Shown: positions 35,701 to 48,422 of the stretch, piece after piece
Position numbering within the stretch: the first letter of the stretch is position 1
Layout of the letters: every line of letters begins with the position of its first letter
Assembly: GCA_012026655.1 (NCBI GenBank)
Contig: JAAILG010000258.1
Span: 62,001-118,322 of the forward strand
DNA: 56,322 bases
Direction: 5' to 3'
Source of the DNA: Hydrolagus affinis
Lineage: Eukaryota
Program-made: the position numbers and the translations under genes
Notes under the pieces: generated by a model
The model's input: only the letters and a program-made list of their open reading frames with translations
Told to the model about the DNA's origin: nothing
The model's database searches: none

Positions 35701-37674
35701 TTATTCCAAATCTAACTGTGGGCAATTATTTCAAATATTCATATGTTTAACTTTATGAATGATTTATTTGTTCAGCACAAACTAAATATTGTAGACTATT
35801 CTGGTTTCTAAACTGCTTTCAGATTTTGTTTTTTTTAAATATACAAATGTGTTTGTTAAAAACTGTGGGCACAATTTTAACACCCCTGTATACATACACT
35901 CTCACAAAATGTATATGCAATTCTTGATGATTTGTTGAGGAGTGACCCACATTGTCCTGCAAAGACTGATTTGTTAAGACAGTACTTTGTCTGAGGGGAT
36001 ATGAAATCTCTTTCTCTGGAAGCTCTTATGCAATATTTGAACTGTGCCGTGACATAGAACTTAAAATGCAGATTGACAGAGCAGCATTATGGACAGTGAT
36101 AAACGCGCATCTTTCCTTGGTTGGCAATTAATGACAAGTACACAGAAAAGCAGACCCATGGGGCAAGATGTCACCACAGTATTAAGATACCTTTGACTGT
36201 ATCACACTTTAGTGACAGGTCTGTGCAGTTAAACACGGCAAAGACTGCCCTGTCAAGGGCCATCAGCATTTATTGGTCTCGGCTCTAGGTGATGTATCTG
36301 TCTTTCCCCTTTCTCTGACTACAAATCCTTCCTTCCTCTTGACATCCTTCCCTGATCCTGACATGACAAGATGTATGTAAGCATGTGCCTTCTCTAAAGT
36401 ATGGGACATTACACAAGTAGTGCCTGGCTTTCTTGTGCTGCATGTCAAGCAGTATCACAGAGTATTTCATTTGAATTGAAATAGCAGTGTGTGTGTAGGA
36501 TATGTCATTTCACTGGAACAAGCATTCTGTTAGCAGCAGATAGCAAGGAATTTCATGCTTTAGGGTACATCTTGGAACTAATAAATTCTGAGTCTATGCT
36601 TAGATGCTCTTAAAAAATGTAGCTGACGATCATACGTACTTTCAATGCTTCATATTTAGGTGCTTCCATTTTATAGCCCATGAGAAGTTTTGCAAATTTA
36701 TGTAGTGTTAAAAGAACATGAAATCTGTTTCAGGTACATGGTTGTATTGCCAGATGAGAGTTTAGTTTCTATTGTCCTTAAGTCTAACCATCTGTTTTTC
36801 AATCAATAAGAGAACGATGACTACCATTAATTGTTTGAGAAATTCAGTCAAACAAGTCATTAACATACTGACTGCTTTGAAGTAAACTCACTTCATCTTA
36901 TAACGTCCACAAATCAAACCATCCGACGGTTTAGTATTGAGATGCAGTGGGTGTAAATGTGGTGATTATTCATGTACATAGGTTTCGATTGAATCCCATC
37001 CTCCAAAATGTCTTGAGCAAAAATATCTATAGAGCCAAAGAGCTATATCAAAATTAGAAGGATTACGAATCGATTCTTTGTTGTGTACATTGAAGTTGAA
37101 TTGTAAGCAGGATCCATCCCACATCGGGATGAGAGCGCGCATTCCATTCCAATAATGCGGGATTTCCATGTACAGGTGGGATGCATGGAATTCTCAGCTT
37201 GGTTTGGACACTCTTAAGGCACGGTGATGAGTTTCCGCAAGTGTCAGACACCTGGCTGATTACCCCAAAGAACAAATGTGTTAGATTGCCTGAAGGATTT
37301 ATAGATAGTGAAGTCTGCAGAGCCCCAGATGTCTCAGATCGACTCTCTGTAAAGCCACTCAGTCAGCCATTTCTGTTTTGATTTCTATGAAGCCGTTTTG
37401 CAACTGAAGGAGGCTCCAGGCACCCATCGCTAAGCAGAGTTGATGAGCGCAGTCTGAGACACATCTAGGTACCTGCACATCTGCTATTTATATATCATTT
37501 TTTTCAACTCGCAATCCAAATCCTTTTTGGAATAAAACAATGCAAGCCAAACAGACTTTTACTTACGCATGCACCAATATAGTAGAACAGGAAGATGTAG
37601 GTTTAGAGTTCATTTTTTAGCACAGATTTTTTTTCTTTACTCTTGGGGTAATTAACAACTGGAACCAGGTTACC

Positions 37675-38015
37675 AGGATGGTAGAGCGGGTCAGGCAGGG
37701 AACACAGAGCAGATCGGAGCCCGCTGAATGGAGCGGGGGTGGGCTGGTGGTAGAGAGTCAGCAGGAAGGGGCAAGAGAGGTAGGAAGGGGCAAGGACTTG
37801 GATGGCTTAGAAAGTGAGGATGAGGATCTCGAATTCGATCCTCTGAGGGATGGAGAACCATTGGAGCCAAGCAAGGGTGAGAGTGAAGGGGGAGTCGGGA
37901 GAGGACATGAGCTGCAGAGTTTTGGAAGATCTGCAGCTTGTGAAGGGAACAGCTGGAGCCCAATGAGGAGGGAGTTTCCGTAGTCAAGCCTTGATATGAC
38001 GAATGCGTGGGTGAG
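37675..38015 (-). mobile_element. L2 ORF2 C-terminal fragment, frameshifted
   Basis: Minus-strand translation includes LHKLQIFQNSAAHVLSR, an L2 ORF2 motif. Confidence 0.85.
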
Positions 38016-38034
38016 GGTTCAATAATGAAGGAAT

Positions 38035-38145
38035 AACACAAGTATACAGTCAATTCACTTTACAGTATATTCTGTGAAGCGCTTTGAGATGTCTAGAAGA
38101 CGTGAAAAACGCTATATCAAATGCAAGGGATTACTTATTATTACT
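38035..38145 (+). mobile_element. SINE 3' fragment, low divergence
   Basis: tatacagtcaattcactttacagtatattctgtgaagcgctttgag...aaatgcaaggg. Confidence 0.9.
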
Positions 38146-39814
38146 ATGGGCCTTGTATCCAATTTTAGTATAATAGGCTCCTTTCCGTTTTTATGTGGAA
38201 TGTTTATTTTGATTTTGGACCCACCTTTGTGCTGAAAAAACATCTGTTCCTGCAAATTGAGATTCTCCGAGTGCTTTGTGTCTTAATGCGAAATGATCAA
38301 ATAGGGGGATTATTTATTATGCATTTATTACTACAGCTTTATCGAGCAATAATCTGCAGTTAATAGAAATTCAATCTCCAATATATATTCTAATAATAGG
38401 CACATGGTTCTGCAATACGACCACAATTGTGAAGCTTGTCTACTTAACAGCTTAGCTGAAATTTAACAAAATGTTCTTATTATTAGATATTATTACAATC
38501 TGTAGAATTTCATTTTTAATTTCATAGGTCGTGATAAAGTCTTATTAACCAAGAACTATTATAAGGTCCCAGGTATCTGACATGTGCTCAGCCCATGAAG
38601 AACTTGCCTTGCTCTTGAAATGAATGGGGAAAAAGTGTGTTCCAATATCAGAACAATGTGATACTTTTTACAACAGAGAAGCACGAAAAAACAAGGAGAG
38701 GGAATCCAATGACTACCAGGGGTGGGCAGAAGGGGAAGGTAAGGCTGGGTCTCATTGGCACACATCTGGTTCCAAGGTGATGTGCTAATGTTAGAACTGA
38801 ATCAACAACGTGGTGTTCTCAGTGTAAACCGTGGTTTCTGATTCGGGTGGGTCTGCAGTGCTCCAAGGCACTGCTGATGACAGACCAGACAGCCTGGTTC
38901 GTCAATAGGACCTTTTGACACTCTTCCATATGTGGGTTGACATGCATATGTGGAAATCTGCATTTATTATGTGTCCTCCAAGAGCATTGAATTCAGTAAT
39001 AACAAGATAGCATTGTATTTTAAAGCTAACTTTTTTAAGTTTTAGAATTATTTTGAGTGCACTATCTTGCAAAGAAGTGCAAAATCAACGATCTTTTTCT
39101 CTACCCCCACCCTCCTACATCCCTGCTCCTTTGTGAGGTTTTTCCAATTGGCTTCGCGGAGAGAATTTTCGCAAACCCCTCTCTCAGATATTCTGGCTGA
39201 AATTGAAAACTTGCATGTGAGGAATCCCGAGAGAGAATGTAAGCCCCATTCACTTTGTGTCGCAGTGCATGAGTACAGTTACCCGGCTTGTGGCATTCTT
39301 CACTTAAACTAGGATGAATCGAGAGTTCACCTGACAAATACTGCAAGAAGGTCATATTGAGATTACACTAAACTCTTTTGACAGGTTGATGTAAAAAAAG
39401 CAATGTACGCTTTGCTTCCTCCATACCTGGAGGCTTCCTTCCAGCATTTTCTAATGATCTGCCTCAGCAACTGAAAGCTGATGAAAAGGTGACTGCCTCG
39501 TGCACTAAAAAATATAGACTTTTGTATCCTTTAGGCATTCCGTTGTTTTCCTGAAAGTTGCCCAACATAAAGGGGTTTTGACAGCAATGCTTTAGGAGGT
39601 TAAACAAGAAAAAGAAGTCACATTTTTCATACATTCCATTTCTTCACAAGTACTTTGGGAGCTGACAATTGTGCAAGAAATGACAGTTTGAGGAATTTGG
39701 ATAGCAGTTTCTATTTCTAAACTAATCGCTCTTTGATCATTGTTGAGAAATATTCCGATAGAAGCTGGTCGTAGGCAAAGCCAATTCATTTTGAAGTTCT
39801 TTTTGAAAAACTGG

Positions 39815-40130
39815 AGCCCTGTAACGTAGTGCTTAGAGCAGTTGCCTCACAAGCAAAATGACCTGGGTTCGATTCCCGAGCAGGGCGAAAACCTAAACTT
39901 TTTCCTTACTCCACCCGCCTGTGTTTATCTAGCAGTAAGTTGGAACCCAGTTGTTTAACAAGTTGCTAACTCAATCCACAACTGATCATGGGACGCTGCT
40001 GTGCACAATTGGCTTCCGCATTTCACCCACAAAATATAGTCAATTCACTTCACAGTATATCCTGTGAAGCACTTTGAGATGCCTCGGAGAAGTGATAAGG
40101 CACTATATCAAATGAAAGGATTATTATTAT
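39815..40130 (+). mobile_element. tRNA-SINE, full-length long variant
   Basis: Head cctgggttcgattccc, central ctagcagtaagt block, (ATT)n tail. Confidence 0.9.
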
Positions 40131-41494
40131 CATAAAAGTAACTTGTTTAGGATTTAAATTAAACTCAAGTAAAGCAAATTTCAAAAAAATACTATTTCCA
40201 TAGACAACTGATAAGGTTAGCGTCAAAAATATGTGCATTAATCCAATTTCTTGCTTTTAAAAGGAAACCTGCTGAAATCAGTCCCAACTGTGGTCATGAT
40301 AGACAGGTTTCCCGTTGTACTAATTATCACCCTATTGCTGGATGTCATTTATACTGTCAAAAGTAAACAGCCCTTCTCAAGAAAATGTTGCTGTGGGGAT
40401 AGATATTTACACGTAAATAATCTATCCCTGCTGTGTTTACTGTATAACACAGCAGGGACATGCCCCCAAAATAATAGGTTGTGATGTATTTTAATAAACT
40501 TGAACACTGTAAATCTCACTGAAAGCTGGTGCGGCACATGAGATTCTCCCTGGAGCATGTCTGTCGTTGGAGCGACTCCATATCAAAACAGGTTACTGAA
40601 ACGTATAACTATTGGCCTCTACATAGGAGCTCGTCAACCCTGCAGATAGGGAACACAGGTATTTAGAGCCATTGATCTAATTTTACCATAAAAGAACAGG
40701 TCCAGGTAAAACCTTCGACCTGACCGCTTACCCCTGTGCTAATGTTCCAGCTGACGGTTGCAGTGGCCTTGTTTGCTGTTTGTAACCACAGAGGGAAACT
40801 ACAGCGCAGGAATTATGAGGTAAGATACAGTGAATTCTAATTTCCCCCTATCAATTGGTTGACAAAAAGTACTCGGAGGGGTCTTTCATGGTGGCCTAAC
40901 CGGTAAAGACTGAATCGTACCATGGCATGTTCCAGAAGGACTGTGGCACGGATGGAACATTAACGCCGTAGGGAGGGTACACAGCGCAAAAAAGTCTGGG
41001 AACTACTGCTCTGAGTCAACAGTGACAGAATGGCTATGTGAGGCAATTATCAGAGGAATGCCTGGCCAGAATTCTTCACATCCCACTGCCTGCTGAGGGT
41101 ATAAATTATATTCAGAGTCTTTATAAGTCATTTTTTTAATTGACATCCGCATTTATGGAGCCATCTGGCTCTTGTCTTTCTTCAAGAGTTCTTCTCGACT
41201 GCTCTGCTGCGGAATTACCTTGCAGCATCGCTGCCATCTGTTGGCAGGGCCATGGCGTGTTGCAAAGTAAAGGAAGGGTCAACTTCCATACGAGGTCCCA
41301 GCTCTGGTTACCAGCTCACGTTTCAATGCAGTGATGGCATTCTGCTCAGCTCAGGTCCTTGCCAGCTACTGCCTTTTGCCCTCAACATATCTTGAACCTC
41401 CTGAAACTGGACAGGATGGACACTGCTTCTCATTCTGCCGTAATCCTTATTGCACCAATGGTTCCATGAAAGAGTTGCAGATCCAAATCGCTTG

Positions 41495-41625
41495 ATTTTT
41501 TGGGGCCGAAACGTAACGCAGCCGACGGACTGATCGCCTACAAAGATACTCTGTCACGACACTTTAGTGTAAATCCAGTGAAGCACTTTGAGATGTCGCC
41601 AAGATTTGAAAGGCACTATATCAAA
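41495..41625 (+). mobile_element. Degraded SINE 3' fragment
   Basis: gtgaagcactttgagatgtc...ggcactatatcaaa. Confidence 0.6.
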
Positions 41626-42279
41626 GCTGATACAGAATGTCAGCATAAAACGTTGCTGTGGAAATTCAAACATTTAATGCATTGTGTTATTTGGGTTATT
41701 TGTAATTTGATTTGTGAGGTAAAGTTCCTGATTCATATTAGCTCTCTCCCAATCCTGCCGTTTTCTGACTGCACACAATTAATTTAATCTGCGAGCTATT
41801 TGTTGTAAGAGGAAAGCAGCATTCACCTTCTTTCCATTGCAAACGTGAACAATTTATAAATGTTTGTACTGCATTCCAATCGGTGATAAAAACAAATCTG
41901 TTCAGTGTTGCATGCCATGCCTTCGGCAATGTTGGCCACGGAAGAGGATTTCTTATTATAATCGTGGATTAATAACAGGTACTGTACGTAATGGGCCACG
42001 GATTTTTTTTTCCCATTAGCCTTTTATGCCACGGTTGTTTTGCACATGTGTTGAAAAGAGCGATGTAAAGGTTTTTTTTCAGCCGGGTATTTGACACAGG
42101 AGGCAATCCATTCTCATGCTTAAGAGTATCCAAAGCAGACTTGACTTCCACATAAGTGTATACCACCAGACAACAGCACCAAAATGGAAATGTCCTTGTG
42201 TTTGGGAGGGATGCGCACTTTCTCCCTGGAGGGATGTTCCCTGATTTCCTCACTTCAGAAAATATTACACCAGCCTGGC

Positions 42280-42410
42280 TTAGTTGGCAGCACTCAAGTC
42301 GGAAGATTGTAGTTTCAAGGCCCATGTTCAAACCCATATAGTCTAAGCTGACAGGCCAATGTGTGCTGCATTGTCGGAGGTGCTGTCCTTCCGTTGAGAT
42401 GTTAAACCAG
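42280..42410 (+). mobile_element. Deu-domain SINE 5' part
   Basis: gtgctgcattgtcggaggtgctgtccttccgttgagatgttaaacc (start of the Deu domain). Confidence 0.75.
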
Positions 42411-42974
42411 AGTAGTGATTATCGAGATAGACTTGATAGTATTAGTTAAAACAACATTTCTTTCTACTTGTGAGCCTTGTAAATGCTGTGTTGTATTTTA
42501 ATTCTATGAGAGGCACTGTGTGATGACTTTGGATTTCACCTCCATTATTCTTTGACTGAATATGAACCAAATTTGTTGTTTCAAGATAATGTCCCTGTTT
42601 AGCTGTAATCCGGATCAGCTACAGAAATCTTGTTCACGTATATAGGTTGTTGCAGGGGGAAAAAAATCAATATTTCCATTGCTTTCCTGTCAATCTCTGG
42701 ATGTTCTCTTTCAATGCTAATTCAAATTTACTTCATCGCTTTTATTTTTGGCAACTTGACTTTGAAAGTGCTGTCTGCAGCAATGTTGATCAGCAAATTC
42801 CAGGAAGACAATTGGAAGGTCTGATATCTCGGCTACCATTAGAAATTTTAACCCTAAAAATGCCCAGCACAGAATAAGGTAATTTGATCCATTTCAGTGA
42901 ACAGGCAGGAAATCTACACTAATTCTACTGGACTCACCTTGGGAAAGTGTTTCTAATGCTTCTTTTATATTGCA

Positions 42975-43095
42975 TGATTATTATCAGGCAAGTGGAGTAA
43001 AGAAACTTGCCCAAGTTTTCGCCCTAGCGGGAATTGAACCAACCTAGATCTCTAGTTTGCAATGTGAGTGCCCCAACCACTGAGCTACAGGCTCC
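42975..43095 (-). mobile_element. tRNA-SINE 5' head, short variant
   Basis: Minus strand ggagcctgtagctcagtggttggggcactc...ggttcaattccc. Confidence 0.85.
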
Positions 43096-43149
43096 ACGTA
43101 GAATTGCACAGATTATAATGTTATGTTGTTCGACATAGATTTTTAGAGC

Positions 43150-44335
43150 TATTCAAAGTCAATCACACACCCTGGCTCTCGCCCCATAACGCCGTAAACC
43201 CATCCTCCCCAAATAACCATCCACCCCTCTTTTAAAAGTTGTTATCGAATCGGCCTCCAACACACTTTCAGGCAATGCATTCCAGAATATAACTTACTAC
43301 GTGAAAATTTCTCCTTACATCCACTCTGCTTCTTTTAGAAACTATTTTAAATCTGTGACTTTGAGTCACTAACACACCGACCCAGTGGAAACAGTTTTTC
43401 ACTGTTTACCCTATCAAATCTCCTCATGATTTTAAAAACATCGATTAGGTCTCCTCGCGTAACCTTCTCTGCTCCAATGAGAATAATCCCAGCCCCTCCA
43501 ACTCCAACCGAAGTTCTTCATTCCTGGTACCATCCTGGTAAATCTTCTTTGCACCCTTTCCAATGCCTTAACATCCTTCCTAAAGTGTGGTGCCCAGAAC
43601 TGAACACAGTACTATAGCTGAGGCCTAAGCAGTGTTTTATACAGGTTAAGCATAACTTCCTGACTTTTGAACTCTATGCCCCTATATATAAAGCCTAGTA
43701 TCCCATACGATTTTTTTAACAGCCTTATCTACCTGTCTTGCCACCTTCAAAGATTTACTTACATGAACCCCAGGTCTCTCTGTTCCTTCACACCCCTTAA
43801 GATTGTACTATGTAGCCTATATTACCTTTCCTCATTCTTCCTCCCAAAATGTATCACCTCGCATGTCTCCACATCATACTTCATCTGCCCTGTATCTGTC
43901 CATTTTACCATTCTGGCTGTGCCCTCTTGCAGACTGCTACTATCCTCCTCACTATTTACTCATTTTCCTAACTTTGTATCATCTGCAAACTTGGAAATTG
44001 TACTCCCTATACCCAAGTTCAGATCATTTATATACGTATATTAAAAAGAGTAGTGGTCCCAATACCGATCCCTGGGAGATACCACTGTACACTTCCCTCC
44101 AGACAGAAAAACAACCGTTCATCACAACTCTCTGCTTTCTGTCTCCCAGCCAGTTTGGGATCCACGCTGTCACTGTCCCGTTAATACCGTGGGCTTCTAT
44201 TTTCCTTACAAGTCTCTTATGTAGCACTTTGTCAAATGCCTTTTGAAAGTCCATATAAACTGCATCAACTGCACTACCTTCATCCATCCTCAGCGTTACC
44301 TCATAAAAAAAACTATCAGGTTTGTTAGACAACAT
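43150..44335 (-). mobile_element. 5'-truncated CR1 LINE (reverse-transcriptase domain to 3' end), disabled
   Basis: VDAVYMDFQKAFDKV...QGSVLGPLLFLIY, then after a frameshift SKFADDTK (~43970-43995) and [25 protein letters not shown]. Contains stops and frameshifts. Confidence 0.95.
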
Positions 44336-45249
44336 GCACTAAAATACTCTGCACACCTTCAATTTATGCATGGTTAATCATGGTCGAGAAAGTGAGCAGT
44401 GTCAGAGAGGTGAGCTGGATATAACTAGGTGCATATAATTAGTATCTATGCAGTCCTTTAGAAGTCATGCCTGAAGTGATCTGCAATAGTGGCTGATGAA
44501 ATGACTGAACAGCTGCATTTTAATTGAAACATTATAAGTGAAGCCAGAACAAAACAAATTAGATGCCGTAGTAGATTGGATGATTGTGAGTTTGCAGTGG
44601 GATTAAAATACAGAATATGACAGTACAATCGCATCTGAATATCATTGGCACTTTTTTTTCCTTTTCTACCCTTCTAAAAGACAAATTAATTAAGAGAGAG
44701 GAGCATAAAAGTAACAAGCTGGTAAAGTGCCAGCCTGTAGTGGGGCCCTCGGTGACCTTGCTGTTATGACTGAGCTGTGGGCAGAACATAGTCAAACAGC
44801 TCTTTGTGCTTACGCTGCAAAAAATGCCTGCCCATTGCTACCATGTGTGATATTGATATGATGTCTTATGAGACAACTGAAAGAATCAATGACGCGTTTC
44901 ACCACATAACTAAGCTGCATCAGTGTGGTGTCTGGCGGCAAGGACCCATGCAGAAGTCGAGTCTTTTCCAAAGAATAATAGGAACGATTCTGTTTGAATC
45001 CACAAGGGTGCTGACACTTCTCGGTGCTTTTGTTTATTGCGTTCATTATTTTTATCTCTCAAGAGTTGTGAGTTATCATTCTATGGGGCAGTCAAACTGT
45101 CACACTGTCGTACAAAATAAATAGGTTTCAGCGAGAGGATTAAGAATGCTGGAAAGCTGGAGGAAAACGTTTCATTAAAAGTCGGATCAGTTAAGCTAAA
45201 AAAAACTCAATAAAATTATTTGTCTTCACTTATCAATATAATTGCACGA

Positions 45250-45590
45250 TCACAAGAAAGGTTCAGATGAGAAAAGACCTTGGTTTATTTGATCTCTTCC
45301 TTCCAGAAAACCCACCCTACCATCCTCCCATGACAACGTTGGGTATTTTTTGAATGAATCCAGTATCTTTGCCCCAGCTAGCCTTCCTGGAAACCTTGTC
45401 AAGTTGTTATTTACTCTCTGGCTAAAGAAATACTTCCTGGTGTCTGTCTCGACACCAGGAACCTGTGACTTCTTGGTTGACTATCTCGGAACATCCAAAA
45501 GTATTTTTCTGATTTTTTTGTTCATCCCATTTAAAATCTTATATATAATCCCCTATGAGATATCTCTCTTCAAGACTGAAGATCCCTAAC
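45250..45590 (-). mobile_element. Degraded CR1 3' fragment
   Basis: ttactctctggctaaagaaatacttcctg...atctctctttcaagactgaaga. Confidence 0.55.
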
Positions 45591-46091
45591 TTGCTCAAAG
45601 CTCATTCCTCCATGCCTGGGGATCAAGTCTGCTAACAAGCTAGGCTGGCTGGATGCTTTACTGTAAACAGTACTTTGGAGTGTTGCAGACATCCTGGCTC
45701 AGGTGCAAGTCTACCGAAACCTCGGTAAAATGATCAACATCAACCTCGGTATTCTGATGCTGTGTGCGTTACTTTGGAACCAAATCAGGCTCAAAGTGTT
45801 GCAGCTTACCTCCCCCCACCAGATTAGTCATTAGTTGATCATTAGGTAGCTAACAAGCGCAAATTTGAGTCCTCAACAGCAGTCACAGTTGGTAAAGATG
45901 GTAAGGAAAGGTCCTTTAGAATCACTTCAGAACTGATCAAGGCTGTTGACAACTAATTTTCACCTTGTCATTACCATGGTGACAATCTCTCAACACAGAA
46001 TCTGCCACTACTTCAGATATAAACCCTGTCAGAGATATTAACAGGAAGCTAAAGAACAAATTACACTCTTCCCATATGCGCTATACTATGC

Positions 46092-46137
46092 AGTTAGTTA
46101 GTTAGTTAGCTAGTTAGCTAGCCAGCCAGCCAGCTAG
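46092..46137. repeat. Compound microsatellite (AGTT)n-(AGCT)n-(AGCC)n
   Basis: Read directly. Confidence 0.9.
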
Positions 46138-46447
46138 GACACAGATGCTGAACATTCAGCAACATTTAACTGAACATTCATTTTCTCTGAAGTACTGTCA
46201 GGTGTTGACAGTTTCTTGAGGCGTGATTATGAGTACAGTTGTGAGGATTTCCTCACTAGTACTGGAGTGCACGACGGCAGACTAGGAGAGGCTGACTTAT
46301 CCTGAACGCACATGGAGACTGACTTGTTCTACAAATCACAGTTTATACAGGGGATAAACCTTGGCGACCTCTGGTGTTATTGGCAGAGACAGATGAGATT
46401 CGCTACCTTTAGTAGAGCTGGATGATCGGAGGCACTTGGATTCATCA

Positions 46448-46530
46448 TAGTAATAAAAATCCTTGCATTTCATATCGCAGCTTATCACGCCTTTGAGGCG
46501 GCTCAAAGCGATTCACAGAGTATACTATCA
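46448..46530 (-). mobile_element. SINE 3' fragment
   Basis: aatccttgcatttcatatcgcagcttatcacg. Confidence 0.75.
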
Positions 46531-47146
46531 AGGATATAACACTGTGCTGTCTATATCCTTATGTCCTCTTTATCCTGGATCTCACTCTCGATTGCTTTCA
46601 TTGAGTGGATTTACTCCTCACAGTATTTGTCCTTACCGTTAGATTGGCTTCTTGTTTCTTTCAGTGGTCCACTGAGTCATGCTGAGAAGCACATGTGAGT
46701 GGTCACAGGGAGAAGACGAATTCACTGCAAAATGAGTTTGCTAAAATCAGTCATGTCTTTTGATAACGTGTTTACAGTGGAATTTCTCAAATAAGACAGT
46801 ATCAAAAAAGGGTACGTTTTTTGCAATCACTTTTTATAGACCACGCTGAGAAGAAAAAATTGGAGGGAAAGAAAAAGGACATTTTGTTGGAAAAGCCTCG
46901 ATGTCTGTACTTTCCTTTTCTCCCTGTTAATTGACACGTCTCTGAATTTTATTCACGATACAGGGAACAGAAACCGAACGATTAACAGGCACAAAGGGAG
47001 GCTGGCACAGGAAAGCCTCATTACTGTCCTTTATAAGAGGACGGGTCAACCCAGAATTGCCTGTTACTGAGATATCACTGAAATAAACTCTTTCAGATCA
47101 TTTTTAATGAGTAGATCCAATATTTGTAGATCGGTGTTAGAACCTC

Positions 47147-47148
<2 letters not shown>

Positions 47149-47196
<48 letters not shown>
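47149..47196. repeat. (CA)24 microsatellite
   Basis: Read directly. Confidence 0.98.
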
Positions 47197-47197
<1 letters not shown>

Positions 47198-48077
47198 CTG
47201 TAGGGTCATGAGTATCATTTTCCCCCATCTCTGTTTGGGCTTCAAATTTGCTGTAGTTTTTACAAACCAATGCTCAAATTAAATCAAATGACTGCCAAGT
47301 ATGTTTTCTACACACAGCAGCACATAATACAAAACTGTTTTAATGGTCTTTAAGATGAATATGGCTTTAGGTTGCTTTTACTGAAGTTAAATAATTAAGC
47401 CTCCAAACTACATCTCTATAAAGAGATTGCGTTAAATTTTATTTTCTGAACATCTAGAATTTATGCTTCAAAAAGCTATTTTCATTCTGAATTTTTATAT
47501 TACACTAATGATGTTTTCAGCACATTAAACTAATACAGTATAAACACCGGAATAAACAGACTGCATCCCGCAAAGCACAGTGACATCCAATAATAATTAA
47601 CTTGCTCAGTAGGAAGAACTCGGTAGCAATCTTGTGAGATATCCATTACATATTGCAATGCTCTGCTGGATTGCTTCTATGTAGCAGGATTTAATAATGA
47701 AAATTATTGAAACATTTGCAATAACTGGTCTGTTAATGAATCAAAGTTAATGACGTTTGAAGCCAATGATTTCAATCCGGCGAAATCCCTGAACACCCGC
47801 TGACCTGACGGACAATTTGTGGCAGCATTTTCATTCTGCAGACTGACAAAAAAAACGAATGCTGAAGATAACCAGTCTTAAAAAAAAATGGAGCTCTGTT
47901 GAAATAAATAACCGTTGCCACTCTGCACTGTCAAATGAATGACGGTGAACTGGCTAAGTAAAGGTCAGCTGCTAATTTGCCCATCTAGCAATTCTTGTTA
48001 TAATTCTTTCCTGTTCCTGATCCAATGACACCCACTCCCTTCCCCCTGCTTTGAAAGTGCAAGTGTGTGGATACCAT

Positions 48078-48422
48078 ACTGTAACTCGGTGGTTAGAGCA
48101 CTCGCCTCACAAGTGAGTGACCTGGGTTTGATTCCGAAATCAAACTTTGATTCCCAATCAAACTGGGGCGAAACCTTAGGCAAGTTTCCTTACTCCACAC
48201 ACCTCTGTTTACCTAGCAGGAAGTAGGAAACCGGTTGTTAGTCGATTAGCGGATCGCTTTTCTGGGGGGTAATAATTCCTTCAAAAACCAATAATAATAA
48301 TAAATTATTGTACCAGTTGTATATACTGTACTATAAAGTGAATTGACTTGTATATTTTGTGGGCGAAAAGTGGCAGCCAATTCCGCACAGCAGTGTCCCA
48401 CAAATAGTCATGGATTGAGTGA
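48078..48422 (+). mobile_element. tRNA-SINE long variant: 5' part on +, 3' body segment (48325-48422) inverted
   Basis: The head and central block read on +; aaagtgaattgac...gtcccacaaatagtcatggattgagtga reads on -. Confidence 0.85.

Noticed and set aside
40940-41012. hAT/Charlie-like terminal repeat (aagtctgggaactactg)
   Set aside because: Only one end is visible; no matching left end or 8-bp target duplication was found.
47316-47328. agcagcacataat, matching the 5' part of miR-15a
   Set aside because: The 3' half does not match and there is no precursor hairpin.
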